Assembly: GCA_022510465.1 (NCBI GenBank)
Contig: JAFLTJ010000002.1
Location: forward strand, 3,242 to 67,241
Direction of reading: 5' to 3'
From: Muribaculaceae bacterium
Lineage (GTDB): Bacteria > Bacteroidota > Bacteroidia > Bacteroidales > Muribaculaceae
Length of the DNA: 64,000 nt
Shown: piece by piece, positions 38,346 through 47,466 of the stretch
Layout of the letters: every line of letters starts with the position of its first letter
Numbering within the stretch: the first letter of the stretch is position 1
The notes under the pieces: model-generated
Told to the model about the DNA's origin: nothing
What the model saw: the letters and a program-made list of their open reading frames with translations, nothing else
The model's database searches: none
Program-made: the position numbers and the translations under genes

Positions 38346-39518
38346 TTAATTGTAGCGCGAGAGTTTTGCCATAGCCGTGTTGTATTGGTATACAAGGTCA
38401 AGGTAGTCAAGCTGGGCCTGGAGGATATAATTTACTTCTGACAGAAACTGGAGTGTTGAGAGTTGTCCGCCGTCGAGAGCTTTGCGCAACAGCGCGATGT
38501 TGTCGTGGGTTTCAAAGACAGAAGCAAGCTCGTCGATAGTTTTTTTGAGCCGTTTGGCTCGCGTGCATGTTGATGTTATTTGAGCTTCCAGGGTTGATTG
38601 CATTGAGATTAGGGCTGTGTTTGCCTCAAAACGGCGTGCTGTTGCAGCGGCGGTTTTGTTTCGCGACGAGAATACGGGAAGAGTCAATCCAAGCGTGAGA
38701 CCGTTGAAATGGGTAGCCTCTTCGTATGCGTGAACATATCCGATGGAGAATCCCGGAAGCCGTTCCTTACGGGCCACGTCGATGTCAAGCCTTGCAGCTT
38801 CGGCTCGTGCGTCAAGAGCTTTAATGCGGTAATCGTTGCCCAATGCAGCGATATATTCGGCAGGCGCTTTTAGAGTATAAATAGGATACACGGGGTCAAG
38901 CGCATCAAGCATCCCGGCAATATCTTCGCTCGGGGCAATCTCTTTGAGTGCGGCAACGGCTTCCTGTCGACGGTCCTCCCACGTAAGTAGTGTGGACATT
39001 AATATTCCGTGTTCAATCTGCATCTTGTTAAAATCCAGCACTGTCAATTGATTGCCTTGATGACGCTCCATAACGTCGATAATCTCGTCAAGTGATTGAT
39101 GAACGTCGTTTAGGATTTCAAGATTGCGACATGCGTTTATATAGTCGGTCAGCGCCAGGCGCACGTTGGTTTGTGTCTCGGCATATATCCCTGCCGCGTC
39201 GAGGCGGGTTGCACGTGTGGCGGCGTCGGCAGCACGACGACGCGAAGCGTAAACTCCGGGCCAATCAAATGATTGGCTGACTCCGACGCTCCACCTGTTA
39301 TCAGCCCGCTGATTGCCAAACAAGTATTCCCCCTCTATTTCAGGGTCGGCTATATTTCCGGCAGTAGAGAGATTGACGGCTGTTGCTTCGGCTTGGGCAT
39401 TAGCCATATATAACGCGGTTGATTTGCCGGCTATGGTGTTTACAGCGTCATCAAAGGTCAGTGAATAGGTTGCTAACGGCCAGATGCACGCAGCTATCGT
39501 GATAATTGTTTTATTCAT
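38346..39518 (-). CDS. TolC/CzcC-family outer membrane factor of the metal efflux system
   Basis: Signal peptide, two OEP repeats, and a 4-nt overlap with the upstream RND gene. Confidence 0.85.
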   Translation of the reverse strand: MNKTIITIAACIWPLATYSLTFDDAVNTIAGKSTALYMANAQAEATAVNLSTAGNIADPEIEGEYLFGNQRADNRWSVGVSQSFDWPGVYASRRRAADAATRATRLDAAGIYAETQTNVRLALTDYINACRNLEILNDVHQSLDEIIDVMERHQGNQLTVLDFNKMQIEHGILMSTLLTWEDRRQEAVAALKEIAPSEDIAGMLDALDPVYPIYTLKAPAEYIAALGNDYRIKALDARAEAARLDIDVARKERLPGFSIGYVHAYEEATHFNGLTLGLTLPVFSSRNKTAAATARRFEANTALISMQSTLEAQITSTCTRAKRLKKTIDELASVFETHDNIALLRKALDGGQLSTLQFLSEVNYILQAQLDYLDLVYQYNTAMAKLSRYN

Positions 39519-42500
39519 TGTTTTTTCCGATTTATCATATAGTAAACGATTGGAACAATGAAAATATTGAGTGCCGTTGACGATAAAAGGCCTCCGAGTA
39601 TGACAATTGCCATAGGAGCCTGAATCTCATTCCCGGGATTTGAACTGCGCAGCGCAAGTGGAATTAAAGCAAGAGCCGACGTTAATGCAGTCATTATAAT
39701 GGGGTTAAGGCGGTCCAATGAACCTTTGACAACGCGCTCGTTGAGACTGAGATTTTTATCCTCGGCTATATGATTGTAGCGAGACATCAGCAACATGCCA
39801 TTTCTCGTTGCTATGCCAATCAGAGATATAAAACCTATGATAGCCGGGATATTCAGTTCTCCACCGGTAATAACGAGAATCAAGATTCCTCCAATCATTG
39901 CTAATGGCATATTAATCAGTATGATAACGCTCTGAGTGGCATTGCGGAATTCGCCATATAACAACATAAAGATAATCAATAAAGCTCCGATAGAGGCCAA
40001 CGCCAGGGTGCGGCTTGCTCTCGCTTCGCTTTCAAACTGGCCGCCGTATGTAACATAATATCCGTCAGGTAGATTTACGTTGTCGTTTACTCGCGTGATA
40101 ATCTCGTCAACGGCGCTGCGCAGGTCGCGGCCGTCGGTATTTGCCGATATAACAATTCGACGTGCAACGTTCTCGCGATTAATCGTTCCGGGGCCCGAAG
40201 ATACCGTAATATCGGCCACATAGCTAAGTGGAATTTTCCCGCTATTTGTATCAATCATAACGTCGGCAAGCCGGGCGCGGGTGTTACGGTTGCTATCCTC
40301 AACTTTGAGCGTTAAATCGTATGGCAGACCGTTCTCATAAACTTGTGACACAACCTCTCCACCAACGGCAACACGAATAAACTGTGCAAATTGGGGCATC
40401 GTGATTCCGTAGCGTGCAAGCATCTGGCGGCGAGGCTTGATATTGATTTGCGGGCGGTTGATTAATTGCTCGATATTCACATCCACAACGCCCTCAACCT
40501 CACTCATTTCCTGTTTTATTAAATTCCCCAGATGATATAGGCGGTCAAGGTCGTTGCCAAATAGTTTGACGGCAATTTGAGCCTCGCTCCCCGACAACAT
40601 TGCATCAATTCGATGGGATATAGGCTGTCCAATCTCGATATTCACCCCCGGAATGATACTTAAACGCTCGCGAAGGTCGCGAACAACCTCGTTGCGCGAA
40701 CGGCCGTTGTTCAGCCGGTAGGGGACTTCAATCTCTGATACATTGACTCCAAGCGAATGCTCATCCAGCTCGGCGCGGCCTGTTTTACGGGCACACGTTA
40801 TAACCTCGGGCGTTTCCAGAATAATACGCTCTGCTTCAAGTCCTATTCGGTTGCTTTCCTCCAGTGAAATGCCGGGCATTGCACTTACGTTAACGGTAAA
40901 TGAACCTTCATTGAACGACGGTAGAAAACTGTGCCCCAATGTAAAAAACAGACACAAAGATAGGATAAACAGTAGGCCGATAGTCAGAAGCCATGGCCGG
41001 GGATTGGCCAACGCTCTGATAAGTCCTTTTTCGTAGACACTTCTCAATTGGCGTGATAGCCACGATTCACGTTCCATTTCGGTTGTCGCCTTTTCTCCGG
41101 CAAGAAGATAGCTGCACAGAACGGGTGTAACCGTAAGGGCTACAATTGTTGACCCGATAAGAGAAACAATAAAAGCAATACCCAAAGGTATCAACATTCT
41201 ACCCTCAATACCGCTTAAAAAGAATAGCGGTATAAAGCTGGTAATGATTATTAGCGATGAGTTGAAAATAGGCATTCTGACCTCGCGCGATGCTTCGTAG
41301 ACTATCTCAATTACGCCGCGGCGTTGCTCGTAGGGCAAGCTTCTATTATGCCTGAGACGTTTGTAAACATTCTCCACGTCAACTATCGCATCATCTACCA
41401 ACGAGCCTATTGCGATGGCAATTCCGCCGAGAGTCATCGTGTTGATTGTAAACCCAAGAAAATGGAGCACCAGCACGGTTACAATTACCGATAACGGGAG
41501 GGCTACTATTGAGATTACCGTGGTTCGCACATTCATCAGGAAAAAGAACAGCACCAGAATAACCATCAGAGTCCCCTCGATAAGCGATGATTGAAGGTTG
41601 GAAACAGAACGTTCTATGAAGTCGCTCTGCTTGAAAATATCGGTTGAAACAGTCACGTCATCGGGAAGACCGGTTTTGATGTGTGCTATCTCGTCAAGAA
41701 TACGGTCGGTTAATCCGATTGAGCCCACGCCGGGCTGTTTGGTAACAGTCAGTAAGACAGACGGCCGGCCCTTGACGGTCGCAGTTCCGAGCCGTGGTGT
41801 TTTGGCTCCAACTGTAACGGTGGCAATGTCGTTCAGCGTCACGGCTACACCGTCGGCAGTAGTTTTAACGGCACATAGACCAATCTCATCAATATTTCGT
41901 GTTGATATGTCGCCTTTTATAAGATACTCATTGCCATACTCATACAGTACACCTCCGCCAACGTTTGCGTTCATCCCGCCTGTGGCCTCCACAACATCAT
42001 CAAGCGAGACTTCGTAATATTTCATTTTTTGAGAATCAAGCTTTATTTGATACTCAAGCAAATCTCCGCCGATGACCGATACTTGCGATACGCCGGGAAT
42101 GGAGAGCAATCGGGGGCGTATCATGCGGTCGGCAATCGAGCGCAACTCCCCTTGCGATGTAGTATCTCCGGGAGTAAGACCCACAAATAGTATTTCACCC
42201 AAAATGGATGACTGTGGCCCAATGGTAGGAGTTCCAACACCCGGAGGTAGCTGACCGGTAACTTCGCTAATCTTCTCGCCAACAATCTGCCGCGCTCGAT
42301 AAACATCAGTGTCCCAGTCAAATTCAACCCAAACAACCGAGAATCCTGTTGTGGATGATGACCTAACTCGTCTAACGCCTGTCGCTCCGTTAACTGCGGT
42401 TTCAATGGGGTAGGTTACAAGCTTTTCAACCTCGTCGGGAGTGTATCCGCCCGATTCGGTCATTACAACGACTGTAGGAGCATTCAAATCAGGAAAAATA

Positions 42501-42610
42501 TCAACCTCTGTATCGAGTAGAACTATAACTCCCGATACCAAGACAAGAGCAGAGAGTATCAGTACAACTACTCGACTGCCCAAGGCCCCCTTTATAATGC
42601 GATTCAACAT
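39515..42610 (-). CDS. CusA/CzcA-family heavy-metal RND efflux permease
   Basis: 1031 aa with the HME-type opening MLNRIIKGALGSRVVVL. It has GSLVDDAIVDVENV and IGIATRNGMLLMS motifs, and a paired His-rich MFP and CzcC-like OMF. Confidence 0.92.
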   Translation of the reverse strand: MLNRIIKGALGSRVVVLILSALVLVSGVIVLLDTEVDIFPDLNAPTVVVMTESGGYTPDEVEKLVTYPIETAVNGATGVRRVRSSSTTGFSVVWVEFDWDTDVYRARQIVGEKISEVTGQLPPGVGTPTIGPQSSILGEILFVGLTPGDTTSQGELRSIADRMIRPRLLSIPGVSQVSVIGGDLLEYQIKLDSQKMKYYEVSLDDVVEATGGMNANVGGGVLYEYGNEYLIKGDISTRNIDEIGLCAVKTTADGVAVTLNDIATVTVGAKTPRLGTATVKGRPSVLLTVTKQPGVGSIGLTDRILDEIAHIKTGLPDDVTVSTDIFKQSDFIERSVSNLQSSLIEGTLMVILVLFFFLMNVRTTVISIVALPLSVIVTVLVLHFLGFTINTMTLGGIAIAIGSLVDDAIVDVENVYKRLRHNRSLPYEQRRGVIEIVYEASREVRMPIFNSSLIIITSFIPLFFLSGIEGRMLIPLGIAFIVSLIGSTIVALTVTPVLCSYLLAGEKATTEMERESWLSRQLRSVYEKGLIRALANPRPWLLTIGLLFILSLCLFFTLGHSFLPSFNEGSFTVNVSAMPGISLEESNRIGLEAERIILETPEVITCARKTGRAELDEHSLGVNVSEIEVPYRLNNGRSRNEVVRDLRERLSIIPGVNIEIGQPISHRIDAMLSGSEAQIAVKLFGNDLDRLYHLGNLIKQEMSEVEGVVDVNIEQLINRPQINIKPRRQMLARYGITMPQFAQFIRVAVGGEVVSQVYENGLPYDLTLKVEDSNRNTRARLADVMIDTNSGKIPLSYVADITVSSGPGTINRENVARRIVISANTDGRDLRSAVDEIITRVNDNVNLPDGYYVTYGGQFESEARASRTLALASIGALLIIFMLLYGEFRNATQSVIILINMPLAMIGGILILVITGGELNIPAIIGFISLIGIATRNGMLLMSRYNHIAEDKNLSLNERVVKGSLDRLNPIIMTALTSALALIPLALRSSNPGNEIQAPMAIVILGGLLSSTALNIFIVPIVYYMINRKKQ

Positions 42611-42624
42611 GGTTGCGTAGCTGT

Positions 42625-43788
42625 TTAATGGTTATGGGAATGTCCCGGAGGCGCAATGTTTGAAACCTCGGCCATCTGAATGATACGTGCGCCCGATGTT
42701 ACAACTTTGTCACCGGCCGAAAGCCCCGAGGTTATCTCCACATAAATGCCGTCGCTTCCGCCCGTTTCAACGAGATGTTTGGTGTATGCATCATCGTGAA
42801 CCCGGGTGTAGACATAATGGTTCCCTTCTATTTCAACAATAGCCTCGGTAGGGACCGCCGGCACCTCGCCTCGGCTCGAACCTATCAGGTATATTTCGGC
42901 AAACGCACCCGGAGCTATCCCGCCTCGATTGTCAAACGAAAAATATACGGGAATGTATCCGCCCTGCGACCCGTTTGCGCTTGGTGTCGACAATAATTTG
43001 CCACCCAAATTGTTTAGCTCAAATATCGATTCGGCATAATCGGGGCGGAAATTGGCCGTTGTGATTTTGGGTAGGAACGAGTAATACTTTTCGGGGAGGT
43101 CAGCCCTAAGTGTCATTCGCGTGTTTTGCGATACAATTGCAACCAACTCCCCTGTATTTACAAACTGCCCGCTGTGAACCGTAAGTTCGGTGATTACGCC
43201 CGAAACACGTGCAGTAGCTACACCGCCCGACTGCTGCCCGCTATAAGCCGCCTCGGCCGCTCTGACACGCGCCTCGGCCTCATTGTAATCTTTCTGAGAT
43301 ACAATGCCATCATTTAAAAGGGGCTTCATTCGTTCCAATTCTCGCCGCGCAGCTTCAAGTTCAACACGTGCCGCCTGATTGGCATCGCCACCCTGTAACC
43401 CTTTGGATGAGATGGTTCCGATAGTTTGACCTGCCGATACTTTGCAACCTACTGTTATACCGGGACTTAAAGTGAAAATTCCCGATGCTGTTGCCGATAT
43501 GGCACCCTGGTCTCCGGCCGCAGGCACAATCTGTCCAGATACAACAATTATCTCGTTGAAAGGCCTCAATTTCAGCTCCTCAACTGTAACACCAAATCGT
43601 TTGGCTGCTTCGGCCGACAATTTTATTTCGTCGTCGTGGTCATGGTCGTGGTCATGTTCATGCTCATCGTGCATTTCTTGTCCGTCGTGGTCATGGTCAT
43701 GGTCGTGCTCATCATCGTGATGTGAACACGATGCCGTGACAATGCCGATAGTCGCATAAACAGCTATTCTTAGAAAATATTTTGACAT
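42625..43788 (-). CDS. CzcB/CusB-type periplasmic adaptor lipoprotein with an N-terminal His/Asp-rich metal-binding tract
   Basis: Lipobox VTASC, followed immediately by SHHDDEHDHDHDHDGQEMHDEHEHDHDHDHDDE. Then come the MFP lipoyl/beta-barrel domains, and it ends PPGHSHNH. Confidence 0.88.
   Translation of the reverse strand: MSKYFLRIAVYATIGIVTASCSHHDDEHDHDHDHDGQEMHDEHEHDHDHDHDDEIKLSAEAAKRFGVTVEELKLRPFNEIIVVSGQIVPAAGDQGAISATASGIFTLSPGITVGCKVSAGQTIGTISSKGLQGGDANQAARVELEAARRELERMKPLLNDGIVSQKDYNEAEARVRAAEAAYSGQQSGGVATARVSGVITELTVHSGQFVNTGELVAIVSQNTRMTLRADLPEKYYSFLPKITTANFRPDYAESIFELNNLGGKLLSTPSANGSQGGYIPVYFSFDNRGGIAPGAFAEIYLIGSSRGEVPAVPTEAIVEIEGNHYVYTRVHDDAYTKHLVETGGSDGIYVEITSGLSAGDKVVTSGARIIQMAEVSNIAPPGHSHNH
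43628..43722 (-). repeat. Coding low-complexity (His-Asp)n repeat within the czcB-like gene
   Basis: Two blocks of GTCGTGGTCATGGTC-type repeats (43628-43673 and 43684-43722 on the plus strand) encode the HD-rich tracts. Confidence 0.8.
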
Positions 43789-43818
43789 AAGCGCGTGGTT
43801 TTACTCTGATTTAATATG

Positions 43819-43826
43819 CAAAGATA
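43819..43826 (-). promoter_or_regulatory. Candidate -7 promoter box for the czc-like operon
   Basis: TATCTTTG on the minus strand, about 30 nt upstream of the ATG at 43788. Confidence 0.4.
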
Positions 43827-43938
43827 ACATCTATTCCATGCATATTATATGCGAGTTTTTATTGGTCTGTTAATCAGGTGAATATTAGCTGGGTTGTCGA
43901 TGGAATCGGTTCCGTTGAAGCGCGTTTTGGAAAAAGTG

Positions 43939-43970
43939 TTTGCCGGTTTCGCGGATAATTGTTACCTTTG
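43939..43970 (+). promoter_or_regulatory. Bacteroidota-type promoter upstream of the DUF4290 gene
   Basis: TTTG (43939-43942), 20 nt spacer, TACCTTTG (43963-43970). The ATG is at 44045. Confidence 0.55.
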
Positions 43971-44044
43971 GAGGTTTAATAGTGTGCCGGTAAGGTACAG
44001 ACTCTTTGAGTCACGGAGGTTAAAAAACGATTTAAACTACATTT

Positions 44045-44632
44045 ATGTTGACATATAATACTCGGCTTAAGCGCCTGACCTTGCCTGAATATGGGCGAAA
44101 TATACAGAAGATGGTTGACTATTGCATGACTATCGAGAATCGCGACGAGCGTACTGCCTACGCCCACCATATTGTCAAGTCGATGGGAATCCTTTTCCCT
44201 GCCATGCGCGAAGGAGATAACGACAAGAAATTCTGGGACCATATAGTAATAATGAGCAACTTTGAATTGGATGTGGATTTCCCGTGTGAGGTAGCCACCG
44301 AGGACTCTCTGTCGACCTCACCCGACAAGATTGCCTATCCCTTTAATTTCGTTCGTTATCGCCATTACGGTCATATAATCGAGAGAATGATTTCCTCGGC
44401 CTCAAAAATGGAAGAGGGGCCCGAAAGGGAGGCTCTCGTGTTGTACATCGCCAACCAGATGAAGAAATTAATGCTGGCGGTTAACAAAGATGGGGTTGAC
44501 GATGCGAGAATTTTCCGCGATATAGCCGAATATAGTCATGGCGCGATTGTGCTTGACCCCGATGTTGTTCATTTGCACCAATTTAAGTCGGCTCCGGCAC
44601 CGGTTACCGGCAAGAAGAAAAAGAAAAAATGA
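44045..44632 (+). CDS. DUF4290-family protein
   Basis: MLTYNTRLKRLTLPEYGRNIQKMVDYCMTIENRDERT matches my recollection of the conserved DUF4290 N-terminus. It has a lysine-rich C-terminal tail (GKKKKKK). Confidence 0.7.
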   Translation: MLTYNTRLKRLTLPEYGRNIQKMVDYCMTIENRDERTAYAHHIVKSMGILFPAMREGDNDKKFWDHIVIMSNFELDVDFPCEVATEDSLSTSPDKIAYPFNFVRYRHYGHIIERMISSASKMEEGPEREALVLYIANQMKKLMLAVNKDGVDDARIFRDIAEYSHGAIVLDPDVVHLHQFKSAPAPVTGKKKKKK

Positions 44633-45174
44633 TATTACAGTCACAGCTTGTTCAGATAGGGAAAATAGGGAAACCTCACGGAATCGACGGCGAAATGACG
44701 TTGATACTTGATGATGTTGCTATTGATGCTGAACTCGACGTTGACGGTTTGCGCTGCGTCGTGCTTGACATTGACGGTATTTATGTGCCATTTTTTATAG
44801 ACTCTTATCGCCCTAAGTCAAGTGAATCTTTATTGGTGATGATTGACGGGGTAGTCAACGAAAACGAGGCAAAACTTTTATCAGGGAAAAAGGTCTACGC
44901 GCTGAAAGAAGATTTTGACCCGGAAGAATACCGGGACCCTGATGAAGGAATGTATGCGGCCGACTTGATAGGATTTGATGTGTTTAGCAATGATGTGTAT
45001 GTGGGAGTGGTAGACGATATTGAAGATTCTACCGAGAACGCCCTGTTTATCATTGCGGGCGCAAATGATTCGGGGACAGTATATGTTCCGATAGCCGATG
45101 AAATGATTGCCGAAATAGATTCCGAGAATAGAAAACTATATTTAGATTTGCCCGACGGACTTCTTGAACTTTGA
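44629..45174 (+). CDS. rimM: Ribosome maturation factor RimM
   Basis: GKIGKPHGIDGEM N-terminal motif and a PRC-barrel C-domain (LIGFDVF). It overlaps the upstream stop by ATGA. Confidence 0.85.
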   Translation: MILQSQLVQIGKIGKPHGIDGEMTLILDDVAIDAELDVDGLRCVVLDIDGIYVPFFIDSYRPKSSESLLVMIDGVVNENEAKLLSGKKVYALKEDFDPEEYRDPDEGMYAADLIGFDVFSNDVYVGVVDDIEDSTENALFIIAGANDSGTVYVPIADEMIAEIDSENRKLYLDLPDGLLEL

Positions 45175-45194
45175 ATTTCAAACTTGCACGAGAT

Positions 45195-45512
45195 ATGGAA
45201 CTTTATGATGAAAGTGCGGCTATCGCCCGAATGAGAAAAGCTATTCCGGATGCAGTGTCTTCCGGTCTTGATGATGATGAATTTCTTAACATCATCGACA
45301 TGATTATGGACTGGATGGAGGATAACGGGCTTGATGATATTGAGGCAGGCGAAGATGACATTGACAACGACCGGGAGCAATTGTTGGCAGTACTGGTTCC
45401 ACACGTTACCGGCCTCCTTAAACGCGACAAGGGTGCATCATTTCCTGTTGAATATGTTCCGCAGGTTATTGAGGCGGAGCTTGACTATGAGGATGAAATT
45501 GCGACACTCTAA
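45195..45512 (+). CDS. Small, highly acidic hypothetical protein
   Basis: 105 aa from ATG 45195. The ORF-track start at 45171 is a TTG overlapping the rimM stop. It is rich in D/E (LDDDEFLNIIDMIMDWMEDNGLDDIEAGEDDIDND), and I recognised no family. Confidence 0.4.
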   Translation: MELYDESAAIARMRKAIPDAVSSGLDDDEFLNIIDMIMDWMEDNGLDDIEAGEDDIDNDREQLLAVLVPHVTGLLKRDKGASFPVEYVPQVIEAELDYEDEIATL

Positions 45513-45525
45513 AAGATTTTTCAAA

Positions 45526-46191
45526 ATGAGGCGTTCAAATAGGCTGTTCAACTTGTTGATTATCATTGCCGCGTTACTGGTCCCTGCGCTGAATGCCGAT
45601 GCGGGCAAACCGTATACCGACCCCTACAAGGAATATGACGAAATAGACCACTGGGATCTTGACCTTGATGACAATCTGGAAATTCCGGTAATTAGCGATG
45701 GCGAGAAAAAAGATATCAGAACCTACATGAGACGCCTGCATGAGGACCTTGTCGAACGGAATTACATAGTTGAAATGGACCGTGATGATGAGATTGTGGT
45801 TATTTCGCTTCCATGCGACGAGCTGTTTCTGCCCAACGACACGTTACTATGGAAAGAACGCGCCTATCGCATTTTAGACCCGCTAAAGCCATTATTGTCT
45901 GACCCCGATTTATTCAAAATCGTGTTTGCCGTCAGTTCCGACAATACAGGCAGTACGGTCTATAATATGAGTTTGAGTGACGCTCGTAAAAATTCGATGT
46001 ATGAGTGGTTTGACCGAAACGCTCATGCCGAGCTGATAATCGTACCATATAGCATGGGTGATACCGACCCGCTGGAACCGAATGATACCCGTGCCGGTCG
46101 GTCGGCCAATCGTCGCGTGGATGTGTATCTGATTCCCGGACCTAAAATGATTGAATTATCCCATAGCAAAAAGTTGTTGAAGAAAAATTAA
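45526..46191 (+). CDS. OmpA-family (peptidoglycan-binding OmpA_C-like) secreted protein
   Basis: Signal peptide MRRSNRLFNLLIIIAALLVPALNADA and the C-terminal motif NDTRAGRSANRRVDVYL. The start was trimmed from 45331, which overlaps the upstream ORF. Confidence 0.75.
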   Translation: MRRSNRLFNLLIIIAALLVPALNADAGKPYTDPYKEYDEIDHWDLDLDDNLEIPVISDGEKKDIRTYMRRLHEDLVERNYIVEMDRDDEIVVISLPCDELFLPNDTLLWKERAYRILDPLKPLLSDPDLFKIVFAVSSDNTGSTVYNMSLSDARKNSMYEWFDRNAHAELIIVPYSMGDTDPLEPNDTRAGRSANRRVDVYLIPGPKMIELSHSKKLLKKN

Positions 46192-46206
46192 GTAACCTGA
46201 TAATCT

Positions 46207-47157
46207 ATGAGACCTGTAAAACTTGCTATCGTGGTTCCGTGTTATAATGAGGAACAGGCGTTGCCCATATCAGCACGGAGTTTGCTGGATGTACTTGATA
46301 GAATGTCGGCCGCCGGATTGACGAGCGAAGACAGTTATATACTGTGCTGTAACGATGGCTCACGCGACAAGACATGGGATGTCATCGAGCAGTTGCACGT
46401 TGCCGATTCGCGCGTTAAAGGTATTTCGTTGGCCCATAACCGCGGACATCAGTATGCGTTGCTTGCCGGACTGACAACGGTGATTGACCACTGTGACGCG
46501 GCCGTATCTATTGATGCTGATTTGCAAGACGATCCCGAGGCTATTATTGAAATGGTCAAGGAGTATAACGCCGGCGCCGAAATTGTTTATGGCGTAAGGT
46601 CCAGCCGTGAAACCGATACTATGTTCAAACGAGCTACGGCTCATGCGTTTTACAAATTTCAGAATGCTATGGGGCTCGACACAGTGTATGACCACGCCGA
46701 TTATCGGTTAATGTCCAACCGCGCTCTGACGCTCTTATCCCACTATGGAGAGAGTAATCTGTTTTTGCGTGGAATCGTGCCGCAGATAGGGCTGAAAACA
46801 GCGATTGTTACCTATAGCAGGGCTTCGCGTGTAGCCGGAGAATCAAAATATCCGCTTTCCAAGATGCTTTCGTTCTCGATTGACGGCATAACCTCATTTA
46901 CCGCTCGGCCCATTCGTTTTATATTTTTCCTCGGCTTGATACTCCTGTTGCTTGATATAGTGGTAGCTATCTATGTGCTTATCAGTTATTTCATGCATAA
47001 TTATGACGCCGGATGGCCATCGTTGATGTTGTCGATATGGTTCCTTGGAAGTATTACTCTGATTGCCATAGGTGTTGTTGGTGAATACATATCAAAGATA
47101 TTTACCGAGGTCAAGGGCCGGCCGCGATTTGAAATTGCCGAGAAAATTTTTGACTGA
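46207..47157 (+). CDS. GT2 polyprenyl-phosphate glycosyltransferase (GtrB/ArnC-like)
   Basis: LAIVVPCYNEE, CCNDGSRD and SIDADLQDDP (DXD) motifs, plus two C-terminal TM helices. Confidence 0.88.
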   Translation: MRPVKLAIVVPCYNEEQALPISARSLLDVLDRMSAAGLTSEDSYILCCNDGSRDKTWDVIEQLHVADSRVKGISLAHNRGHQYALLAGLTTVIDHCDAAVSIDADLQDDPEAIIEMVKEYNAGAEIVYGVRSSRETDTMFKRATAHAFYKFQNAMGLDTVYDHADYRLMSNRALTLLSHYGESNLFLRGIVPQIGLKTAIVTYSRASRVAGESKYPLSKMLSFSIDGITSFTARPIRFIFFLGLILLLLDIVVAIYVLISYFMHNYDAGWPSLMLSIWFLGSITLIAIGVVGEYISKIFTEVKGRPRFEIAEKIFD

Positions 47158-47183
47158 ACAGTTACACCGCAAAATATCTGATT

Positions 47184-47459
47184 ATGGATAATATGACGTT
47201 TATAAAACAACTCGGAGAGCGCATTAACTATGATGAGGGCGAGACAAGCCGACTCATAGAATTGATGGCATCAACGTTTGCATCAATTGCAAGCGAGGTC
47301 AATTCAATTGCCATACCCGGTTTTGGTACGTTTCAACCTGTGAAGGAGAATGAAAAGATTGACGTTCTGCCAACAGGAAAACGAATGTTGGTTCCGCCGC
47401 ATATCTCTTTGACATTCAAAGAAAGTGTAGTATTACGAAAAAAACTCAAAAACCAGTGA
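47184..47459 (+). CDS. HU/IHF-family DNA-binding protein
   Basis: 91 aa with IPGFGTF...P.HISLTFKES beta-arm motifs of the HU fold. Confidence 0.8.
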   Translation: MDNMTFIKQLGERINYDEGETSRLIELMASTFASIASEVNSIAIPGFGTFQPVKENEKIDVLPTGKRMLVPPHISLTFKESVVLRKKLKNQ

Positions 47460-47466
47460 CCTGAAA

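Noticed and set aside
43628-43722. Tandem repeats that might be mistaken for a CRISPR-like or intergenic repeat array.
   Set aside because: The repeats are in-frame codons for a His/Asp tract inside the czcB-like CDS. There is no spacer/repeat periodicity.
45331-45525. Long 5' extension of the OmpA-like ORF, overlapping the acidic ORF in another frame.
   Set aside because: A clean signal peptide begins at ATG 45526, just after the upstream stop. The extension has no coding-like features.
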